DNA of 64,000 bases from assembly GCA_963706595.1 (NCBI GenBank), contig OY970166.1:800001-864000 (forward strand). Direction: 5' to 3'. Origin of the DNA: an uncultured cyanobacterium. Lineage in GTDB: Bacteria; Cyanobacteriota; Cyanobacteriia; Cyanobacteriales; Nostocaceae. Under the pieces are notes generated by a model, which saw nothing but the letters and a program-made list of their open reading frames with translations, did no database searches and was not told where the DNA came from. Made by a program: the position numbers and the translations under genes. Shown here one piece after another: positions 33,460 through 42,128 of this stretch (the stretch's first letter is position 1; each line of letters begins with the position of its first letter).

Positions 33460-34191
33460 ATGATGCACAATCGTCCTTATACCACAGTAGTTTTAGCAAT
33501 GAGTGCAGACGGCAAGATAGCAGATTTTAAGCGATCGCCTGCTCGCTTTGGCTCAGAGGCGGATAAAGCGCACCTGGAAAAACAAATTGCTGCCTCTGAT
33601 GCTGTTTTAATAGGTGCTGGTACTCTTCGTGCTTACGGTACAACACTCACCGTATCACAATCAACTTTGCTACAACATCGCCTAAAACAGGGTAAGCCAG
33701 CCCAGCCTCTTCATATAATCCTTACACAATCTGCTGACCTCAATCCGGGAATTAAGTTTTTTCAACAGCCGATCAAACGCTGGTTGCTGACCACAACAAT
33801 GGGCGCATCTTCTTGGCAAAGACGAGAACAGACATTTAATTCCACAGGGTTATCACCCCTAGAAGAGTGTCCTCCCAAGTTTGATCAGATTATAGTTTTT
33901 GACACACCAACGGGAAAGGTTGACACGTCTGCTGCTTTGCAACACCTGGCATCTCTACATATAACACGGTTAGCCGTCTTGGGAGGAGGTGAATTAGTAT
34001 CTTCTATGTTGCAATCAGATTTAATCGATGAACTCTGGCTGACGGTCTGTCCATTGCTTTTAGGCGGTGCATCTGCACCAACACCAGTAGAAGGTGTCGG
34101 ATTTTTATCTCAATTAGCTCCTAAATTAGAACTCTTAGAAGTTGATCAAGTTGAGCAAGAGGTGTTTCTGCACTATCGCCTGCAACGTTGA
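33460..34191 (+). CDS. RibD C-terminal (reductase) domain protein
   Basis: AMSADGKI, AVLIGAGT, LGGGEL, IDELWLTVCP. Confidence 0.88.
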   Translation: MMHNRPYTTVVLAMSADGKIADFKRSPARFGSEADKAHLEKQIAASDAVLIGAGTLRAYGTTLTVSQSTLLQHRLKQGKPAQPLHIILTQSADLNPGIKFFQQPIKRWLLTTTMGASSWQRREQTFNSTGLSPLEECPPKFDQIIVFDTPTGKVDTSAALQHLASLHITRLAVLGGGELVSSMLQSDLIDELWLTVCPLLLGGASAPTPVEGVGFLSQLAPKLELLEVDQVEQEVFLHYRLQR

Positions 34192-34366
34192 GCAAATTAG
34201 ATTACCCTAGTAATCATTGGTCATTAGCCCTTCGGCTACGCTCAGGGTAAATCATTGGTCATTGGGTATTAGTGGAAGTTCTTATCCAAAATAAAAGCCT
34301 TTTGACTTTTGACTTTTGACTTTTGACTTCCGCGTAGCGGTTCCCTTACCCTAGAAAAGCCCCACA

Positions 34367-35557
34367 ATGGTGGAAAAAATCAAGCCTCGCTACTCTAGCC
34401 TTTGGATTAACAAAATCGCGGAAGTACCCCAAGATGCCTGGGATGCTTTAGCAATGCCACTGAAAACGCCGTTTTTAGAATGGGATTGGCTGAATAATTT
34501 AGAAATTTCCCAGAGTGCTACTGCTAAAACTGGCTGGTTACCCAATCATTTAACTCTTTGGCGAGACAGGACTTTGATTGCGGTTGCGCCACTTTACCTG
34601 AAAGGTCATAGTTATGGCGAATTTGTCTTTGATCACCAATGGGCAGAATTAGCTGATCGTCTTGGAGTCCAGTATTATCCTAAATTACTGGGAATGACTC
34701 CATTTACTCCGGCTGAAGGTTATCGGTTTTTAATCGCCCCAGGGGAAGATGAGGATGAAATTACAGCCCTGATGGTGCATGAGATTGATTCTTTCTGCAC
34801 TAAACATCAGATTTCTGGTTGTCATTTTCTCTATGTTGATCCCCAATGGCGGGCTGTGCTGGAACGTCAAGGTTTTACAACTTGGTTACACCACAGCTAT
34901 ATTTGGGAAAATGTCGAGTTTAAAAATTTTGATGATTATTTAAAATTATTCAACGCTAATCAGCGCCGCAATATCAAGCGAGAACGCAAGGCTGTGGAAA
35001 AGGTGGGTTTACGACTACAAGCAGTGACCGGTGATGCAATTCCTCAGTCTTTATTTCCTTTGATGTACGATTTCTATGCTGATACTTGTGATAAGTTCGG
35101 CTGGTGGGGTAGTAAATACCTGACAAAGCAGTTTTTTGAGCAGCTACACACAAATTATCGCCATCGAGTGGTGTTTTTTCCGGCGTATGATCAGGAAAAT
35201 CAGGGTCAACCTGTGGGAATGTCTTTTTGTTTGTTTAAAGGCGATCGCTTATATGGACGTTATTGGGGTAGTCTTCAAGATATAGATTGTTTACATTTTG
35301 ATGCTTGTTACTATACACCGATTGAGTGGGCGATCGCTCACAATATCCAAAGCTTCGATCCCGGTGCTGGCGGACGACACAAAAAACGCCGTGGTTTTCC
35401 CGCTATGCCTAATTACAGTTTGCACCGCTTTTACAATAGTCGTTTAGACCAAATTCTTCGCCCTTATATTCGGGAAGTTAATCAATTAGAACAGCAGGAG
35501 ATGGAAGCGATTAATCAGGATTTACCTTTTGGTCAAGACACAAAAAAAATCAACTGA
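34367..35557 (+). CDS. GNAT/FemAB-like acyltransferase (DUF482-type)
   Basis: HSYGEFVFDHQWA, YYPKL, LYGRYWG, LHFDACYY, GAGGRHK. Confidence 0.88.
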   Translation: MVEKIKPRYSSLWINKIAEVPQDAWDALAMPLKTPFLEWDWLNNLEISQSATAKTGWLPNHLTLWRDRTLIAVAPLYLKGHSYGEFVFDHQWAELADRLGVQYYPKLLGMTPFTPAEGYRFLIAPGEDEDEITALMVHEIDSFCTKHQISGCHFLYVDPQWRAVLERQGFTTWLHHSYIWENVEFKNFDDYLKLFNANQRRNIKRERKAVEKVGLRLQAVTGDAIPQSLFPLMYDFYADTCDKFGWWGSKYLTKQFFEQLHTNYRHRVVFFPAYDQENQGQPVGMSFCLFKGDRLYGRYWGSLQDIDCLHFDACYYTPIEWAIAHNIQSFDPGAGGRHKKRRGFPAMPNYSLHRFYNSRLDQILRPYIREVNQLEQQEMEAINQDLPFGQDTKKIN

Positions 35558-35635
35558 TGCGCTTCCTTAATCAAACCATCAGTGCTTGGTCATTCATTGC
35601 TGAAAATGTTTTTGTTCCTCACAAATGTTTTAGTC

Positions 35636-35749
35636 CGTCGGGGACTCAGTGGCATCAGGGAATTTTTCTTAGGTAGTGTCAGCAATTATGTATTACACCA
35701 TGCACCCTGTTCTGTATTGACAGTCCAAGGTGTAAGAGCTAATTTGTAA
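35636..35749 (+). pseudogene. C-terminal fragment of a universal stress protein
   Basis: RRGLSGIREFFLGSVSNYVLHHAPCSVLTVQG is the USP G-S-V motif region; below the ORF track cutoff. Confidence 0.8.
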
Positions 35750-35787
35750 CCAGGATGTGAAAAATTTTTGGCTTCTCAGATATCTGC

Positions 35788-36921
35788 TTAACTATGCATC
35801 ATTAAATATTGTCCATTGCCATTATATTCACCATTGCAACTAGCAAAATTGCTAATAAACCATATCAAATAAAATCTCCATATTCGGCGAAATTTGGCAT
35901 AATCAATGCCATAATTCAAGTATTTTATGGTTTCTTGATTACTGTCAAAATTACTGAGCCATGTAGCAAATGTTTGCGAGTAATTAGAACCATTGAGATA
36001 CCATCTTTTTACGGTTTTAAGATTTTTGTTATGGCTAGGAATTGCATCATAATTCCAGTATCTACCGTGGGGAAAAATATATTTGTGAGTGTAAGCACTA
36101 GAGATATTATTAGGGGTACGAACTGTAATAATATGAATAAAGACCTTGCCATTCTCCTTGAGAAAAGAAGCTAATTTTTCAAAAGAGTTAGTTAAATTAC
36201 CTACATGGGAAAAAACACCAATAGACAGGATTTTGTCAAATTTTGTGTCAAATTCAACATCATTTAAATCTCCTTCAGATAATCCGAATCTGCCTGAACT
36301 GAGGTAGCTTTCAGGGTCTTGCATCTTCTGACGCATATATTCACATTGTTCGTGACTCAAATTCAGCCCAGTCACTTTGACATGAGGAAATTTAGAAAGA
36401 ATGTAATTGGGAACGCACCCCCAGCCACAGCCAAAATCTAATATATGGTCTCCATCCTGGATGTCTAATTTCTCAATCACATCATCAATCATATCTATCT
36501 GTGATTGTTCCAGGTTTAATGCTCCTTTTTCCCATAATCCCATACTGTATTTAGGGTAAATGAGTTTTCCTTCACCCAACATTTTATTCAGCATGGCTTG
36601 AGGCAAATCATACTGAATTTTCATTAAATCTCGTGACCCTTCAGCAATATGATCGGTTTCTTTTAATACCCATTCATAAGGTGCTAAAAGTGAAGGAAAA
36701 TATTGGAAGAAAACAGGCATACAAGTATCAAAAAGTGTTTGCAGACTTGAGTCAGGAATTTCTAATCCGTTAATGTAAGCCTCTGCTATGGCCATTTGGA
36801 TTGTATTCACTACTTCAACGGCTCCACGGGTTGCTTGATATGCCAATGGATTTTTGTAATTTATATCTCCTATGAGAGGTATATGTTTTTGAATTTCTTG
36901 TAATTGATTGCTATTAATCAT
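35788..36921 (-). CDS. class I SAM-dependent methyltransferase, cyclopropane-fatty-acid-synthase/CMAS-like
   Basis: ILDFGCGWG, YIFPHG, NYSQTFATW, FRRIWRFYL; RBS AAGGAG before ATG 36921. Confidence 0.88.
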   Translation of the reverse strand: MINSNQLQEIQKHIPLIGDINYKNPLAYQATRGAVEVVNTIQMAIAEAYINGLEIPDSSLQTLFDTCMPVFFQYFPSLLAPYEWVLKETDHIAEGSRDLMKIQYDLPQAMLNKMLGEGKLIYPKYSMGLWEKGALNLEQSQIDMIDDVIEKLDIQDGDHILDFGCGWGCVPNYILSKFPHVKVTGLNLSHEQCEYMRQKMQDPESYLSSGRFGLSEGDLNDVEFDTKFDKILSIGVFSHVGNLTNSFEKLASFLKENGKVFIHIITVRTPNNISSAYTHKYIFPHGRYWNYDAIPSHNKNLKTVKRWYLNGSNYSQTFATWLSNFDSNQETIKYLNYGIDYAKFRRIWRFYLIWFISNFASCNGEYNGNGQYLMMHS

Positions 36922-37080
36922 GTTTATACTCCTTGTATAAAGCTGGATAATTTTCTCGTAAATTACCACCGATCATAGTAATCAATTACTTGCTTATTCA
37001 CCTACATTTAGGGAGATGTAAAATCTCTAAAATCCTCTAAATACTAAGTATTAAATCAAAAAATATTCAGCCAGAATATA

Positions 37081-37187
37081 TATAGCGGTTATCAGTTAAG
37101 TGAGATACAAGAACCCCACCCCCAACCCCCTCCGGTGCAAGCGAGGAGGGGGCTATGATGTACTTCATGGAAGTGGATACCGCTATA
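37081..37187. repeat. ~100-bp dispersed MITE-like repeat, copy 2
   Basis: TATAGCGGT...ACCGCTATA inverted ends; matches 10810-10910. Confidence 0.8.
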
Positions 37188-37263
37188 TGTAAAATTATTA
37201 TTAATAATGGCTAGTGGTTAATTGATTGCTAGGCAATTAACCATTAGCAGGGCTTAAAAATTC

Positions 37264-38190
37264 TTAAAGTTCTTTGTCATTTTTGTAACTGGCAACAGCT
37301 ACTCTGAGATTGCCTTGGTGTTGTGCAAGCAAGCGATCGCCTGCGGCTTTGTCTAAACCAGTCCAGTGCATCAGCAACGCTAGCTTTACCCACTTCCCAC
37401 TGCGTTCTAGTAAAAAACCAGCAGCTTCCCGACTCAACCCTGTTAAGTCTTGCAGCATCTGTAAAGCGCGATCGCGTAACTTTTGATTAGTCACCGCCAC
37501 ATCCACCATGCGATTACCGTAAACTTTGCCCAGCTTCACCATTACCCCAGTCGAAAGGATATTTAAAGCTAGCTTTGTGGCTGTACCAGCTTTTAAGCGA
37601 GTGGAACCAGCGAGGATTTCTGGACCAGTTAATAAGCGAATATCAACGTCAGCATCAAACCGCACTTGCTCTGTAGGTACACAGGCAATAAAAATAGTCC
37701 TCGCACCCCGTTGACGGGCGGCGTTGAGCGCTCCGTGGACAAAAGGAGTTGTCCCACCGGCAGTAATCCCCACTACCACATCTAATTGAGTAATGTGTCG
37801 TTGAGCGATCGCCCCTTCACCATCTTCGCTCCGATCTTCTAAATCTTCCGAACTGCGTACCAATGCACCAGCACCACCAGCAATAATTCCCTGTACCAAC
37901 TCTGGGGGTGTGCAGAAAGTAGGTGGACATTCAGACGCGTCTAGCACCCCTAACCTGCCACTTGTCCCCGCACCAACATAAAATAAACGTCCTCCCTGGC
38001 TCAAACGTTCTGCGGCCACATCAATGGCTTGCGCCAACTGTAATTGAGCCGCCGCCACCGCCGCCACTGCTTTTTCGTCTTCGCGATTAAACAAATCCAC
38101 CAACTCAACAGAACTGAGTTGGTCTAAATTAAGACTATCAGGATTGACCTGCTCAGTTAAAAGATAGCCCCGTTCATGCAAATTTGGCAT
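37264..38190 (-). CDS. murQ: N-acetylmuramic acid 6-phosphate etherase
   Basis: GAGTSGRLGVLDASECPPTF, GPEILAGSTRLKAGTA, NRMVDV. Confidence 0.96.
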   Translation of the reverse strand: MPNLHERGYLLTEQVNPDSLNLDQLSSVELVDLFNREDEKAVAAVAAAQLQLAQAIDVAAERLSQGGRLFYVGAGTSGRLGVLDASECPPTFCTPPELVQGIIAGGAGALVRSSEDLEDRSEDGEGAIAQRHITQLDVVVGITAGGTTPFVHGALNAARQRGARTIFIACVPTEQVRFDADVDIRLLTGPEILAGSTRLKAGTATKLALNILSTGVMVKLGKVYGNRMVDVAVTNQKLRDRALQMLQDLTGLSREAAGFLLERSGKWVKLALLMHWTGLDKAAGDRLLAQHQGNLRVAVASYKNDKEL

Positions 38191-38263
38191 AGTCTACATC
38201 TTGATTAATGGCTTTCATGCGTATAGAAATCTTTCTGCCTCCACTCCCCACTCCCCACTCAGT

Positions 38264-38716
38264 TCACAACAAACCTTCCAATTTGCGCCGCATATTTTCT
38301 AATTCAGAATCAGACATTTCTGATGCAGCTGGTGGCACTTCGTTAGAGCGGTAGCTATCTTCATCAGTATCCTCCGCTTCGGCATCAGCTTGCCAGTCAG
38401 TATTTTCCAAGTTCATTTCTGGAGGTAAGATTAAATCGCTGTTGGCTGGAACAATTTCCCATTCATAGCCAGCACTTTCACAAAATCCCTTAATTTCCTC
38501 AGCATCGAGCATTTCCACTGTAGGCGTAGGGAAATCCTGAGCTTCCAGTAACAGGGCAAAGCGGAGAGCGTCGTCTTCTGACTCGAACATCAAAATTTTA
38601 TTGCGTACAGCCCCTGGCTGCGATGCTGAAGCATCAGCCACTCGAATTGAATGAATTCCCTCATTTTCTGTGTGAGCATTGAAAATTAGCACAAAAACAC
38701 GCATTGGTGTAATCAT
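38264..38716 (-). CDS. DUF3110 family protein
   Basis: VFVLIFNA..ENEGIH, LMFESEDDA.RFALLLEAQDFP, RRKLEGLL. Confidence 0.85.
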   Translation of the reverse strand: MITPMRVFVLIFNAHTENEGIHSIRVADASASQPGAVRNKILMFESEDDALRFALLLEAQDFPTPTVEMLDAEEIKGFCESAGYEWEIVPANSDLILPPEMNLENTDWQADAEAEDTDEDSYRSNEVPPAASEMSDSELENMRRKLEGLL

Positions 38717-38909
38717 CTGTCCTTTGGTTTTGCGATCTACTTATACTATTAAAGTCTGAGGCTGTGCAAAGAAGGAGAACAGATTGAAGAGGCAGGGGAG
38801 CAGGGTGCAGGGTGCAAGGGTGAGTAAGAAATTACTTTAAACTTCCGGTACTTAACAACCATTCCTCTTCTCCCCTGCGCCCTGCCCCTTTTCCTCTTCT
38901 TTGACCAAT

Positions 38910-39793
38910 ATTCTGGAAAAGTTAGGTGTTATATAGCAGTGTTGTTAGACTCCCGCCCGATCTACACTGGAGAAGATGATCCACAATTAAATTCCGAACG
39001 TCGTAAACCCCAATTGCCATTGCAATTTAGTGTGACAGCAAGAAGCCTCTCACTTAACACGATAGCGGAAGTGATGAGATGAATTGCGCGTGAATTGACG
39101 ACAGTCTCCCGACCAATGCGACAGCGAGGAAGGGAGACACGGAGGAAACGAGCAAAATATTTTAAATTTGGTATAATCGATTTGGTTGACTTCACCCATA
39201 TTGGTGTCTGATAAGCCTCTGTCCAATAGCATTACGATTATTGGTAAGCGACTCCGTTGCACAGCATAGAAGCAAGTAGGCACATCTTGATTAATACAGA
39301 TCACCTCCGGGTTTGTCCTATAGCGCGAATAAGCCAGCATCTCATCCAGGACAGTAAAATTTGTAGGGTACAAGGTAAGAAATTGCATAGTCTGCGGAGG
39401 GGCTTCTCGTGGACTTAAAACAAAGCTCAGTCAATGTCTTCATAGAAGAGTCGCTGAGAAGCCTACACTGTATGCTTGCATCAGTGTAGGAGTATGTCAC
39501 TGTGACAGCCCCTTTCATTCTGATTCGGTTTATTTCTCACCCAAATTTATCAACGAATCAGCCTTTTATGGAAGAGTGGGTGACACAAATTCAACAATGG
39601 TTACAGGCGGGAAAACGAATTTATTTCTTTGTTCATTGTCCTCTAGAAGAGCGATGATGCTCCGCCCCGCCTTTGGCGATCGCCTGGGACAGCGCGTTAC
39701 TTCCAAAAGCTATTGTCACAACATGGCACAGAAATTCCGCCTTTACCTGGGAATAATCTCGATTATCCTCCCAATCAATTGAGTTTATGGTAG
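38910..39793 (+). pseudogene. DUF72 family gene remnant (5' truncated, two insertions)
   Basis: LLDSRPIYTGEDDPQLNSERRKPQLPLQFSVT | APFILIRFISHP...RIYFFVHCPLEER | SPGTARYFQ...QLSLW* forms one frame after removing the two insertions. Confidence 0.85.
39037..39500 (+). mobile_element. non-coding element with IS200/IS605-type subterminal hairpins (PATE-like) and an internal promoter
   Basis: Left AGCAAGAAGCCTCTCACTT..AAGTGATGAG and right GAGAAGCCTACACTG..CAGTGTAGGAGTATGTCAC hairpins; interrupts the DUF72 frame; no tnpA or tnpB ORF. Confidence 0.78.
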
Positions 39794-40031
39794 TTTTGGC
39801 AAAATATCATTTCCTCTTGTTTCCAAAAGAGTGATAATGGTTATTACAATGATTTTGTGACCAAACTCGACACACTTCCCCCTGATCAAAAAAAGGGGCA
39901 ATACCCCTCTTTGCAAAAGTAGCAAGAGGTGAACTACAACACCTAAATTTCATTACCCAAAAATATTAAATTGTTGATGTGTAATTGAGGCGATTGTGGT
40001 GAAATCAGCAGTTATATTAAAGGAGGTTAAG

Positions 40032-40472
40032 ATGAGTCGTCTTATTTATGAAAAATCAGTTTCATATAAAGGATATCTCATCATTCCATTTGTTTTTGGC
40101 AAAGCGGATAATTACGAAATTTATTCGTATAAACTCTTGTCAGAAATTGGACGTGGAAGCAAATTTCATAAAGCCGAGAATCCCGCCGAAATCTATGGTA
40201 ATAGTAGCAATAATATCGTTGATATTGCCAAAGAACATATTGACCAACATTCCGAGTTTGTCAATCAAGGAGATAGTTTTAAATCTCGGTATGTATACGG
40301 CAATAACTTGATTATCATCTTTCAAGAGGGAGGTAAGTATTTTTACGACCATTATGCTCCAGAATTACTGAATAATATTGCCGCCCCCAAATTATTCACC
40401 TCTGAATATGAGTGCTTAAATTGGATTCAGCAAGGACTCAGTGGACAATATATGCGCGACAGAGCAAATTGA
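40032..40472 (+). CDS. conserved cyanobacterial hypothetical protein
   Basis: Strong RBS AGGAGG before ATG 40032; 146-aa ORF. Confidence 0.75.
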   Translation: MSRLIYEKSVSYKGYLIIPFVFGKADNYEIYSYKLLSEIGRGSKFHKAENPAEIYGNSSNNIVDIAKEHIDQHSEFVNQGDSFKSRYVYGNNLIIIFQEGGKYFYDHYAPELLNNIAAPKLFTSEYECLNWIQQGLSGQYMRDRAN

Positions 40473-40504
40473 CTTTTTTTTGGAGTTGTTTGTCGTAGAG
40501 GCGG

Positions 40505-42016
40505 CTAAGGCAACCAAAACTCAGGTAAGACAGATTTACCCAAGTCGCGCACAGTTTGATTGAGCGATCGCGCCATTTGAATGTGCGCTTCGTCCTCTTC
40601 TACAGGTATAATATGGGCAGGCTGACCCTGACCTAAGTAGGACATCGCTAAATTTGCGGCTTCTAAACCTGTGACATAAGCCTTTTCCTGAGACCAAGAA
40701 CCGTGACGATTCACAATCCAATCACCACTCATAAAGACATTCTCAAAACTAGTCTTGGCTGGCAACATATAGCGATAGCTACCAGGGGCAAAGTGAGTCA
40801 CTGCATTGGGTAAGCGAATTACACTGCTATCAATTACTTCAGCTTCGCCAAAGGCTGGGACACAAGTTGTTAAATAATCCTTGACTTTAGTAATGATGTC
40901 TGCATCACTCATATTCAGAAACTGATTGGCATGATAGAAATCAACTTCAATCACCGTTCCCGGCTCATTTTTATACTCATCATGTAGGGCATTTAAATCA
41001 AAAAATGTCCATCCTGTGGTGGCATCAAAGCCAAAGCAAGCATTAGAAGGACGAGGAACATTAATTTTGCGGTCAAACCATAAACGGGTGGCTAAAACGT
41101 CAATTGCCCCTAAATTACTTAAATTTCGGAACTCTTCCCGGCTTTGTAAACTGGGACTATTGGCGACAATTTTCTTCATCCCGGTGACACCAACTGCAAA
41201 AATTACCGCATCGGCATCAAATACCTCATCACCGCAAACCACACCCTTGGCTTGATTCTGACTATCCACAATTACATCAGTCACTCGGCGTTGGGGTAAG
41301 ACTTTCGCACCAGCTTTTTCTATTTTTTCCACCCAAGGACGAAATATTTTTTCTCCCACTGTGCCGCGACACCAAACCACATCAAAATCAGCTTGATGCG
41401 CCAGAATAAAAAAGTACAACATTCCTAACGTGGCGGCGGCTGAACATTGTTCACCTGGGGCAAATAAGCCCACTAACAACATAGGTTCAAAAGCTTCTTT
41501 GTAAAGTCGGGCAGAAACGCCAAAATCTTTGAATAATTCACGGGCTGTGACAAAATCATAACGCCGCCAAGCTTCATCAGAATTGTCAAAATCCACAACC
41601 GAATAAAGCAAAGGCAAGGCGCTGATGCGATCTATTAAGGGTAATCGCTGAAATTGAGTGTAAACAAAAGTGCCTATAGGTGCGGGAAGTCGCGGTAAAT
41701 CTTGGAAAATTGGTGATTCAACTTCTAATCCCGCAGGCGAATATTGGGCGGAACGAGTCCAGGTGGTAAAGGGATTAATTTCTAATTCATTAATCAGGGC
41801 AAAAATATTTCTGTAAGGATACCAAAAGCCGTGAATTCCCGCTTCTACAGATTTTCCCTCTGTGGTTTTCCAACCGGCGACTAATCCACCAGGGTAGGAA
41901 CCAGCTTCTAAAAGTGTGACATCATACCCTTGTTTTGCCAAATGGTAAGTTGCGCCTAAACCCGCCCAACCAGCACCGACAACTACCACCCGTTTTGCTT
42001 GTAACCCGACTGTCAT
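40505..42016 (-). CDS. FAD-dependent oxidoreductase (amine oxidase/carotenoid desaturase-like)
   Basis: VVGAGWAGL, EAGIHGFW, SGDW, SQEKAYVTG. Confidence 0.85.
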   Translation of the reverse strand: MTVGLQAKRVVVVGAGWAGLGATYHLAKQGYDVTLLEAGSYPGGLVAGWKTTEGKSVEAGIHGFWYPYRNIFALINELEINPFTTWTRSAQYSPAGLEVESPIFQDLPRLPAPIGTFVYTQFQRLPLIDRISALPLLYSVVDFDNSDEAWRRYDFVTARELFKDFGVSARLYKEAFEPMLLVGLFAPGEQCSAAATLGMLYFFILAHQADFDVVWCRGTVGEKIFRPWVEKIEKAGAKVLPQRRVTDVIVDSQNQAKGVVCGDEVFDADAVIFAVGVTGMKKIVANSPSLQSREEFRNLSNLGAIDVLATRLWFDRKINVPRPSNACFGFDATTGWTFFDLNALHDEYKNEPGTVIEVDFYHANQFLNMSDADIITKVKDYLTTCVPAFGEAEVIDSSVIRLPNAVTHFAPGSYRYMLPAKTSFENVFMSGDWIVNRHGSWSQEKAYVTGLEAANLAMSYLGQGQPAHIIPVEEDEAHIQMARSLNQTVRDLGKSVLPEFWLP

Positions 42017-42128
42017 ACAATTTTAGATTTTAGATTTTAGATTTTAGATTTCGGATTTTAGATTAGATTTCGGATTTTCAACCACTCCCCACTCTCTTGT
42101 ACAGACGCGATTCATCGCGTCTCAGCCC

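Noticed and set aside
39037..39500. Group I or group II intron (IStron) interpretation of the insert
   Set aside because: I could not identify group I P7 or terminal G features, nor a group II GUGYG start, domain V or AY end. Not excluded without an Infernal search.
38962..39782. ORFs 38962-39195 (-), 39050-39388 (-) and 39576-39782 (+)
   Set aside because: No recognisable motifs; they cross the non-coding element or run out of frame through the DUF72 remnant.
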